A program made the position numbers and the translations under genes. A stretch of 64,000 nucleotides of DNA from Bacteroidia bacterium. GTDB taxonomy: Bacteria; Bacteroidota; Bacteroidia; UKL13-3. A model generated the notes under the pieces. That model was given only the letters and a program-made list of their open reading frames with translations, made no database searches and was not told the DNA's origin. This document shows, in pieces, positions 16,387-24,165 of the stretch. How positions within the stretch are numbered: position 1 is the stretch's first letter; each line of letters begins with the position of its first letter. Location: NCBI GenBank assembly GCA_019695215.1, contig JAIBAK010000016.1:676-64675 (forward strand), written 5' to 3'.

Positions 16387-16427
16387 CTAAATCGGGGTTA
16401 TGCAAATAGCTCCGATTTAGTTTTTTT
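16387..16427 (+). terminator. Rho-independent terminator for the histone-like gene. It overlaps the stop of the convergent dehydrogenase gene.
   Basis: Perfect 9-bp stem ctaaatcgg / ccgatttag (16387-16395 / 16412-16420), a 16-nt loop, then TTTTTTT. Confidence 0.7.
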
Positions 16428-17427
16428 ATAGGGGTATGCTTAAAACAATCTTCCCGAATTGCTCCCCTTTACCCATATGCTCTATAGCCTCCTGAGCCTT
16501 ATCCAAACCCCAGACACTATCAACTACCGGTTTAATCTGATGATGCTTTATAAAGTTTACCATTTCGTAAAACTCGGCATCGTTGCCCATGGTTGACCCC
16601 AGAATATCCAATTGTTTCCAGAATATTTTTGCCGGCACCCCGCTATTAAATGCTCCCAGGGTAGCTCCATAAAATGCAATTCTCCCGGAAGGTTTTGCTA
16701 TATCCACCAACCGGGCAAAATTATCACCGCAGGCACTGTCAACAATTGCATCAAATCCTCCGCTTAGTTGTTGCAGTTCCTTATGCCAGTTTTCTTTTTT
16801 ATAGTTCACCCCTCCCTTTGCACCAAGCGCTATGGCTTTCGATATTTTTTCATCCGACCCGGAAGTAATATACACTTCACATCCGGCCGCAATAGCAAAC
16901 TGAATCGCAAATAACGCCACCCCGCCACCGGCACCCGTCACCAGAATTTTTTCTCCTTTTCGTGCACGCGCTCTTGTAAACAATGCTCTGAAGGCAGTAA
17001 GTCCGGCTAAGGGAATAGCTGCGGCTTCTTCAAAACTCAGATGCGCGGGTTTTTCACTTAGTAGCCTGCTTTCAATTTTTAAGTATTGCGCAAAAGTTCC
17101 GTGATGAGGCAAACCCAAAATCACGTAATCCTTAGCCTGAACTGCAGGATTTGTTCCCCAGTTCATAGATGGATTAACGATCACTTCTTTTCCAATCCAC
17201 TTTTTATCTTCGGGTGAAGCGGCTTGCTCCACCACTCCGCAACCATCCGATCCGGGAATCATTGGAAACACAATGCCGGCATACTGGCCTTTCTGAATCC
17301 ACAGGTCGCGATGATTAAATGCCGCGGTATGCATCCTGATTAAAACTTCTCCCGATAAAATTTCCGGGGTGGCTACTTCCTTTACCTGCAACGGCTGGTG
17401 CAGGGCTTCTAATAAAATTGCTTTCAT
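16426..17427 (-). CDS. Zinc-binding alcohol dehydrogenase / quinone oxidoreductase family (MDR superfamily) protein.
   Basis: 'MKAILLEALHQPLQV' is the typical N-terminus. The ATG at 17427 is preferred over the listed 17475, whose extra 16 aa look non-native. Rossmann motif 'ILVTGAGGGVALFAIQFA'. Confidence 0.85.
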   Translation of the reverse strand: MKAILLEALHQPLQVKEVATPEILSGEVLIRMHTAAFNHRDLWIQKGQYAGIVFPMIPGSDGCGVVEQAASPEDKKWIGKEVIVNPSMNWGTNPAVQAKDYVILGLPHHGTFAQYLKIESRLLSEKPAHLSFEEAAAIPLAGLTAFRALFTRARARKGEKILVTGAGGGVALFAIQFAIAAGCEVYITSGSDEKISKAIALGAKGGVNYKKENWHKELQQLSGGFDAIVDSACGDNFARLVDIAKPSGRIAFYGATLGAFNSGVPAKIFWKQLDILGSTMGNDAEFYEMVNFIKHHQIKPVVDSVWGLDKAQEAIEHMGKGEQFGKIVLSIPL

Positions 17428-17475
17428 GAAAACTGTTTGGGACGAAATTACAAACGGAAGGCGGTAATGCAACAA

Positions 17476-19332
17476 TTACCTTAATAATGTTACCGAGCCG
17501 GTATATTTTTTTGCATGATGTTCGAGCACATAATAATATACCCCCTCACTCAACGGGCTCCCTTTAAAATTTCCGTTAAAGCAGGTTCCGTCTTTGTCCG
17601 AATCAAAAATCAATTCCCCCCAGCGGTTGTATATAAATATTCGCGAACAACCCTGCTCTAAGGTAAGCCCTCGAAGAGCGAGGCATTCATTCAATCCGTC
17701 TTTGTTCGGAGTAAAAACATTATAAACCATCACCAGCGAATCGCTGCTATACGGAGTAATTGTTTTGGAAGCCGTATCCGCACATCCGCTGTCGGTAACA
17801 ATAAATTGTAACTCATAGGTTTTATTAAACTCATAAGGTAATTGTACCAGCTCTTCCCTGTTAACTGCAACTCCGTCTAAAAACCATTTACTTTGATTTA
17901 CCACCCCGGGAGAATCAATTTGCAATTTAGCATCTTTACACAAAGGTTTAAACTGATATTTATAATCAGCTTTTACATCAACCACAAAAACATGAACCGT
18001 ATCGGTGTTTACACAAACATCGGTATTTCGGGTAGCAACATACGTAATGGAAAAAGGAGGTTTGGCCGTTGGTTCGCCCGAAGCAGGATTGTCGAGGTAA
18101 TCGGGAGGCGACCATGTATAGGAAAAGCTACCGGTATTTTCTGTACCCAGAACTAAGGAATCTCCCTTACAAATGAGCCGGTCCTCTCCGGCAAACGTGC
18201 CTATATCTTTATCTATCGTTACGCTAACTAATGCAGAGTCGGAGCAATTGCCTTTGTAAGTAACTAACTTTACAATATAAGTTCCGGTTGAAGGATAAAT
18301 ATAAGTTGGCTCAGGTTGTGTGCTTGAATCGGAAGTAATTAATGTGTCGCCAAAATCCCATAAATAAGAAACGGCACCTACACTTTGATTTACAAACTTA
18401 ACGGTGTCGCTGCACAGGTGCATGTCTTTACTGAATGCGCTTACCACATCAAACTGACAGTTCAGCACGTTGAATTGAAAATCGCGAAGGGTTGAATTTA
18501 TAAATTTTCCGTTCCTGAATTCTTTTACCAGAATGCCCACCACATATTGTCCTGTTAACTGTGGCTTTACCTTTAGTAAACCCGTTTGGGGATGAATAGT
18601 AAGTTCCGGCACTCCCTTCATCATACTGTTCACTCCAAAACCATTTACCCAAACCACCTTTGAATAAGGAGGTGGTGATGGCGGGCGTGGAAGGTTATTA
18701 AAAAAATTGGCCCCGATAAACGGCTGGTACAATTCGTACACGAGTGAGTCTCCGTCTGCATCTGTTGCGGCATGACTGTAAATAAAATCACGTCCGGCAC
18801 ATAAAAAATTTGGAGGAAGCGAATTAAATACGGCTGACGAATTATATCCTTTCCCTCCTGTTGTATCCGGTATGTGACACCAGTACGTTGCCCCCACCTG
18901 TCCCGGAGTTTGGATATTGGTGATGGAATTATTTCGGCAACAACGCTGAAATGCCAGAATGTATCCACCGGCAATTTGGGGTAATGTAGTGTAATAGGTG
19001 TAAATGTATTTATCTACACAGGCATTTGGCGGGGGAGCTACGCAATTATAATTAACCGAATTTACTCTGACCGGAGGGGTTCGGTATTCCAGAATATTTT
19101 TCACTAAAGTACCACTGGTATCAAATACCCCAATCATGGCATTTGTGTCAAGTGCAATGGCCTGTTGCGAACCAAAGGCACAGTCGATATACAAAATGAG
19201 TTTTACCTCAAAACTATCATCAGCAATATGACGATACGTGATATCTCCTCCCACAATATGGGTAGCATTTACTTTTGTTGCATAAACCAAAGCAACAAGA
19301 AAAAATAAAATAGGATATAATCGTTTAATCAA
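17476..19332 (-). CDS. Secreted adhesin-like protein with a PKD domain and a T9SS type B (gliding motility-associated, CHU_C) C-terminal domain.
   Basis: Signal peptide. PKD motif 'YLWDFGDT'. C-terminus 'YNVFTPNKDGLNECLALRGL...IYNRWGELIFDS...GVYYYVLE' is characteristic of TIGR04131-type type B sorting domains. Confidence 0.8.
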   Translation of the reverse strand: MIKRLYPILFFLVALVYATKVNATHIVGGDITYRHIADDSFEVKLILYIDCAFGSQQAIALDTNAMIGVFDTSGTLVKNILEYRTPPVRVNSVNYNCVAPPPNACVDKYIYTYYTTLPQIAGGYILAFQRCCRNNSITNIQTPGQVGATYWCHIPDTTGGKGYNSSAVFNSLPPNFLCAGRDFIYSHAATDADGDSLVYELYQPFIGANFFNNLPRPPSPPPYSKVVWVNGFGVNSMMKGVPELTIHPQTGLLKVKPQLTGQYVVGILVKEFRNGKFINSTLRDFQFNVLNCQFDVVSAFSKDMHLCSDTVKFVNQSVGAVSYLWDFGDTLITSDSSTQPEPTYIYPSTGTYIVKLVTYKGNCSDSALVSVTIDKDIGTFAGEDRLICKGDSLVLGTENTGSFSYTWSPPDYLDNPASGEPTAKPPFSITYVATRNTDVCVNTDTVHVFVVDVKADYKYQFKPLCKDAKLQIDSPGVVNQSKWFLDGVAVNREELVQLPYEFNKTYELQFIVTDSGCADTASKTITPYSSDSLVMVYNVFTPNKDGLNECLALRGLTLEQGCSRIFIYNRWGELIFDSDKDGTCFNGNFKGSPLSEGVYYYVLEHHAKKYTGSVTLLR

Positions 19333-19470
19333 TTAAAACCGTCTGATAATGAAGCAAAGTTAAGCATTCTGCAAACGATAAAAAAAAGGAAAAGGTGACT
19401 ATAAAATGAACAACCTACAGGCAGTATTTTACCTTAAGAGCGCCTGAATTTATGTTAACACCTCATAACG

Positions 19471-20124
19471 CTATGCCGTGAGTGCAGGCAACGGAACTTC
19501 ACCCTTAATATCTTCGACCCAGTTTTGAAAAAGCTGCTCTTCAATTAAACAGGCATCGGCTGCCAGCACCTCCCATTGCTCATGAAACTCCTGCAACATG
19601 GAGGTCATTTCTTCCAGATGACCGTCTTCTTCCAGAATAATTGATTTTACATTCACTTTAGAACCTGCTTTATCAAGTTGTTTCTGGTATATACCATAAA
19701 GTACATCCGCTCTTACTTCAATGGCATAAGTAACCAGCAGGTAGGCGCCCTGCCTTAATTGTTCTGCACTAAACTGCCATTGCTTTTTCAGCATCCGGCA
19801 AACTTCGGCATCTAAGCGGTGCAGGTATAAATAGCTGCTCATGGGCGCCAGCAAAAACTCCCTGCTGTAATCTGCACAAAGGCCTGTTCCTAATTTCCCG
19901 ATTTGTTTTTTCAGGTAATAGGCATGGCGCGCTTCCTCGGCCGCATGTTTTAAAATGGTTAAGGTGGTATGAACCGGATGTTCGTTGCGTGCTATTTTCC
20001 GGGCTCCCGTATTTTCCATCATCGAAAGCGTATTCAACCAACGGGCATGCAATAAATGGTCGGCAGTAACCGACTGCATCACCTGCTCAAAAAGTTTTAC
20101 CGATTGCTCATTCATCGTTTTCAT
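19471..20124 (-). CDS. Ferritin-like diiron-carboxylate four-helix-bundle protein of unknown function. It is the last, translationally coupled gene of the biotin operon.
   Basis: All-helical 217-aa protein carrying a canonical diiron ligand pattern: E36 ('MMENTGARK'), E64xxH67 ('AEEARHAYY'), E136 ('YAIEVRAD'), E166xxH169 ('LEEDGHLEEM'). It overlaps the bioA stop by 17 nt on the same strand. Confidence 0.6.
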   Translation of the reverse strand: MKTMNEQSVKLFEQVMQSVTADHLLHARWLNTLSMMENTGARKIARNEHPVHTTLTILKHAAEEARHAYYLKKQIGKLGTGLCADYSREFLLAPMSSYLYLHRLDAEVCRMLKKQWQFSAEQLRQGAYLLVTYAIEVRADVLYGIYQKQLDKAGSKVNVKSIILEEDGHLEEMTSMLQEFHEQWEVLAADACLIEEQLFQNWVEDIKGEVPLPALTA

Positions 20125-21406
20125 TCGCTATTTCACTTAATACCTCTGTTATTTGCCGATGCACGTAAACAAGTTCTTCTTCGGTTATACAATAAGGAGG
20201 AACCATATAAATAATATTTCCGAGCGGCCGCATCAACACCTCCCGGCTTAAAAATTTCTGATATAAAATCTGTTTCAGGTTATTGGTGTACGATGTTTCA
20301 TTCCCCGTTCTAATGGTTAATGCCAGAATGGTTCCGCAACAGCGGGCATCAGCTACCAACGGATGCACAGCCATTTTTTCACAAAATGTTTTCTGCATCC
20401 TGCTTATGTTAACAATTGTTGTTGTGCAACGCTCCTTCGTAAGTAAATCAAAACTGGCATTGGCCGCTGCGCAGGTGAGCGGGTTGGCCGTGTACGAATG
20501 ACCGTGATAAAAAGTAAAATCAGGATGGTGTGAGAGAAAAGCTTCGTAAATTTTTGCGGAGCAAGCCGTGATTCCCATGGCCATAGTGCCACCGGTTAAT
20601 CCCTTAGAGAGGCACATTATATCGGGTTTGTGCTGTATATAATCGGTGGCAAATAATTTTCCGGTACGCCCGAATCCGGTAAATACTTCATCGGCTATAG
20701 CCAGCGTTTCATACTTGTTGCACAGAGCCACATATTGCTCAAGCACCGAAGCTTCATACATTAACATACCAGATGCGCCCAGCACCAATGGCTCAAAAAT
20801 AAAAGCAGCCACATCGCCTTTCGTTAATTCAGTCTCCAGAAATTTGATACTCTCCTCTCCCGAAGACTTATCAGAAAACGGAATAAAGGTTACCTCAAAC
20901 AGGTACTCATTAAATGCCTGTGTAAATAATCCGCGGGCGCTAACGGACATAGCCGCAAACGTGTCGCCATGGTAGGCATGTTCTAAAGCAAGTATTCTTT
21001 TCTTATGCGGGTGCCCGATATTTTGCCAGTACTGCAAAGCCATTTTCAACGCAACTTCCACGGCAGTTGAACCATTATCGGAGTAAAATATCTTTTTGAT
21101 ACCGGCAGGTAAAATACTCAATAAATTTTCAGCAAGCTTTATAGCGGGCTCGTGCGTGAATCCTGCAAAAATGCAATGCTCCAATTCGCGTGCCTGTTCA
21201 GCAATTTTCTCAGCTATATACGGATGCGAATGTCCGTGCAGGTTTACCCACCACGAAGAAATAATATCGAGGTAACGATTGCCCTTTTCATCATACAGCC
21301 AGGCACCTTCTCCTTTCACAATTCCTATTGCATCAGGTGCAAGTTGCATCTGTGTGTACGGATGCCATATATGCTGCTTATCTCTTTCGGTTAATGAGTA
21401 CTCCAT
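20108..21406 (-). CDS. bioA: Adenosylmethionine-8-amino-7-oxononanoate aminotransferase.
   Basis: N-terminus 'DKQHIWHPYTQM' (E. coli 'DQRHIWHPYTSM'). Class III PLP aminotransferase motifs 'DEVFTGFGRTGKLFA', 'LSKGLTGG'. Confidence 0.9.
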   Translation of the reverse strand: MEYSLTERDKQHIWHPYTQMQLAPDAIGIVKGEGAWLYDEKGNRYLDIISSWWVNLHGHSHPYIAEKIAEQARELEHCIFAGFTHEPAIKLAENLLSILPAGIKKIFYSDNGSTAVEVALKMALQYWQNIGHPHKKRILALEHAYHGDTFAAMSVSARGLFTQAFNEYLFEVTFIPFSDKSSGEESIKFLETELTKGDVAAFIFEPLVLGASGMLMYEASVLEQYVALCNKYETLAIADEVFTGFGRTGKLFATDYIQHKPDIMCLSKGLTGGTMAMGITACSAKIYEAFLSHHPDFTFYHGHSYTANPLTCAAANASFDLLTKERCTTTIVNISRMQKTFCEKMAVHPLVADARCCGTILALTIRTGNETSYTNNLKQILYQKFLSREVLMRPLGNIIYMVPPYCITEEELVYVHRQITEVLSEIANENDE

Positions 21407-22017
21407 ATTTCGGTTTCAGGCAATAGCTGTGACGCCTGTTGGGTTATAAATTCTTTGCTTATCGGGTTGACAAACGGAATTCGGGCAATTACCCTGTGCC
21501 GTGTATGTTGCAGAATAAACGCTTCGGATTCTTTATTGGTTTCACCACAAAATACAAGTCCGGCAATTTTAATTTTATGCTGTTTAAGCACCTCTAAGGT
21601 AAGCATACTGTGATTGATGCTTCCGAGATAATTGGCCATTACCACTACTACCGGCAACTGTAAATGTTTTACCAGATCGAGCATGGTAAATTCGTCATTC
21701 ACGGGAGAAAAAAGTCCACCGGCCGTTTCTACCAGTATACTTCTTTGGGAAGATGGCAGTACAAAATCACTAAGCTGAATTTGCACCTGTTCTTTTTTGG
21801 CTGCAGCATGTGGCGATGAGGCTTCATTTAAAAGGTAACGTTCGGGATGAACAAACTGTCCGCTCCATTGCTGCACCATGATGCTATCACTGCTGTCAAG
21901 ACTTCCGGCCTGTATGGGTTTCCAGTAATCCATATTCCACGCTTTGGCCAATACAGCAGAGGCAACTGTTTTGCCTATGCCGGTATGAATACCTACTACT
22001 CCAATGGCTTTAAACAT
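21391..22017 (-). CDS. bioD: Dethiobiotin synthetase.
   Basis: P-loop 'GIHTGIGKTVASAVLAKA' (E. coli 'GTDTEVGKTVASCALLQA'), 'ILVETAGGLFSP'. Confidence 0.9.
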   Translation of the reverse strand: MFKAIGVVGIHTGIGKTVASAVLAKAWNMDYWKPIQAGSLDSSDSIMVQQWSGQFVHPERYLLNEASSPHAAAKKEQVQIQLSDFVLPSSQRSILVETAGGLFSPVNDEFTMLDLVKHLQLPVVVVMANYLGSINHSMLTLEVLKQHKIKIAGLVFCGETNKESEAFILQHTRHRVIARIPFVNPISKEFITQQASQLLPETEIWSTH

Positions 22018-23146
22018 GATTCAACTCCGTTAGTAAATGATCAATTTGCTCCTTTGTATTATAGCTGTGCAAACAAATACGTAAACGCTCTGTTCCTTCT
22101 GGAACCGTAGGAGATAAAATAGCCCGCACATCCAATGCCTGCGCCTGCAACCGGCTGCTCACCATTCGTGTTTTTTCATTCCCTCTAATCTGAATGGATT
22201 GAATGGCACTTTTGCCGCATTGTATTATGTACTCTTCTTTAAGCTGATTGCTTTGCTCTTCGAAATAAGTAATAAGTTGCCACAGTTTTTCGCGCAGCGT
22301 TTCGCTGCTCTTCATAAGTTGATGCGCACAATGGATAGCCGCCAGACTATGCAGTGGCAATGCAGTGGTATAAATAAAGGAGCGCGAAAAATTAATCAGA
22401 AAATCTCTTAGCACTGCCGGGCCAACAACTACCGCTCCGTGGCAGCCAAGTGCTTTCCCAAAAGTATGAATGCGGGCAAAAACCCGATTCTGTAATTGCT
22501 TACTTTGTACCAGCCCTTCTCCCTGCAAACCAAAAATTCCGCTGGCATGGGCTTCATCAATAATTAAAGCCGCCTGATATTTTTCTGCGAGCTTTGCCAG
22601 TTCTTCCAATGGCACTGTGTCTCCGTCCATCGAATAAACAGACTCGGCTACAATGAAGATGTTTCCATGAGCAAGCCGCATTTTTTTTTCAAGGTCGGTT
22701 AAATCATTGTGCCGGAATGAAAATTTGGTACCGGCCAAACTTAACCGAATGCCATCGTGAATACTTGCATGGCAATGCTGATCATATAAAATGGTATCGT
22801 GCCGGGAAGCGATGCATGACAATAAACCAAGGTTGGCATCGTAACCCGAATTAAAAATAAGAGCAGCTTCCGTATGATAAAAAACGGCCAGTTCTCTTTC
22901 TAATTGTTCGGCATAGGCTGTATTCCCGCTGATGAGACGCGAACCACCGGAACCGCAGCGAGGCAACTCGGTTTTGCCCAGTTCTTCTTCCACCGCTTTA
23001 TCTAACGAACCATTGCGGGCAAGCCCTAAAAAATCGTTGGAACTGAAATCGGCAAAGGTTGAAGGTAACACACGTAATTCCCTGAACAGTTGTTTTGCCT
23101 GTCGTGCCTGTAAGGTTTGTTGCAGAAAACGATCAACCTTATTCAA
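22010..23146 (-). CDS. bioF: 8-amino-7-oxononanoate synthase. It probably starts at the TTG at 23146. The six-frame ORF runs to the ATG at 23281, which would overlap bioB by 125 nt.
   Basis: 'FSSNDFLGLARNG' (E. coli 'FSSNDYLGLSHH'), PLP lysine region 'TFGKALGCHGA'. A TTG start gives the N-terminus LNKVDRFLQQTLQARQAKQLFRELR, which matches the length of the canonical BioF N-terminus and lies 10 nt after the bioB stop. Confidence 0.8.
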   Translation of the reverse strand: MNKVDRFLQQTLQARQAKQLFRELRVLPSTFADFSSNDFLGLARNGSLDKAVEEELGKTELPRCGSGGSRLISGNTAYAEQLERELAVFYHTEAALIFNSGYDANLGLLSCIASRHDTILYDQHCHASIHDGIRLSLAGTKFSFRHNDLTDLEKKMRLAHGNIFIVAESVYSMDGDTVPLEELAKLAEKYQAALIIDEAHASGIFGLQGEGLVQSKQLQNRVFARIHTFGKALGCHGAVVVGPAVLRDFLINFSRSFIYTTALPLHSLAAIHCAHQLMKSSETLREKLWQLITYFEEQSNQLKEEYIIQCGKSAIQSIQIRGNEKTRMVSSRLQAQALDVRAILSPTVPEGTERLRICLHSYNTKEQIDHLLTELNHV

Positions 23147-23156
23147 GTCTGTATAT

Positions 23157-24143
23157 TTAACTTGCGTGAAGTGTTTTTTCTTTCTTAAATGGCTGGCTGG
23201 CACGAAGACCAAGAATCTCAAACATTTGTTTGTCTTCATTGAACTCCGGATTAGGAGTGGTAAGTAATTTATCTCCGGCAAAAATAGAATTGGCTCCGGC
23301 CATAAAACACAAAGCCTGCTCAGCCATGGATAACTCGAGTCTTCCTGCTGATAATCGTACTGCCGATTGCGGCATCACCATGCGTGCAGTAGCTACCATG
23401 CGCACCAGCTCATAAAACGGTACCCGTTGTTGTTCTTCAAGCGGAGTTCCTTTTACAGCTACCAGTGCATTGATGGGAACAGATTCGGGAGGCACCGGTA
23501 AATTTACCAATGTAAGCAACATGCCAATGCGGTCTTCTTCCGTCTCACCCATTCCTATAATTCCACCTGAACAAACCGTGATGCCCGCTTTGCGCACATG
23601 ACTTATCGTATTCAACCTGTCATCATAGGTACGGGTTGAAATAATATTACCGTAATTCTCGGCCGAAGTATCAATATTATGGTTGTAGGCGTACAAACCG
23701 GCATCGGCTAATTTTTGCGCCTGTTGTTCGGTAAGCATTCCCAGGGTACAGCATACTTCAAGTCCCAGTGAGTTCACTTCTTTTACCATATCAAGTACCC
23801 GGTCAAAATCGCGGTTGTCGCGCACTTCTCTCCAGGCTGCTCCCATGCAAAAACGCGAAGCTCCACCGGCTTTGGCATTTTGTGCCGCCTCCAATACTTC
23901 TTCGGTTTTCATCAGTGGCTGAACTTCTACATCGGTATTGTACCGTGCCGCCTGCGGACAATAAGAACAGTCCTCTGAACAGCCTCCGGTTTTAATAGAA
24001 AGCAGGCTGCTTACCTGCACTTCTCCAAAACTGTGGTGTTGCCTGTGCACATTTGCCGCTTCCAGCACCAGTTCTAATAAAGGTTTGTTGTAAATAGTTT
24101 GTAATTCTTCCCGCGTCCAAAAACGTTTTACAGACTCTGACAT
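23157..24143 (-). CDS. bioB: Biotin synthase (radical SAM).
   Basis: Radical-SAM cluster motif '[12 protein letters not shown]', 'VCCTLGML', 'YNHNIDTS'. Length is 328 aa. Confidence 0.95.
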   Translation of the reverse strand: MSESVKRFWTREELQTIYNKPLLELVLEAANVHRQHHSFGEVQVSSLLSIKTGGCSEDCSYCPQAARYNTDVEVQPLMKTEEVLEAAQNAKAGGASRFCMGAAWREVRDNRDFDRVLDMVKEVNSLGLEVCCTLGMLTEQQAQKLADAGLYAYNHNIDTSAENYGNIISTRTYDDRLNTISHVRKAGITVCSGGIIGMGETEEDRIGMLLTLVNLPVPPESVPINALVAVKGTPLEEQQRVPFYELVRMVATARMVMPQSAVRLSAGRLELSMAEQALCFMAGANSIFAGDKLLTTPNPEFNEDKQMFEILGLRASQPFKKEKTLHAS

Positions 24144-24165
24144 AAACTAAAGATATTATTCGAAA

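Noticed and set aside
19769-20041. 90-aa alternative-frame ORF inside the ferritin-like gene.
   Set aside because: It lies in a different frame of the same strand as a protein with a coherent diiron motif pattern. It is spurious.
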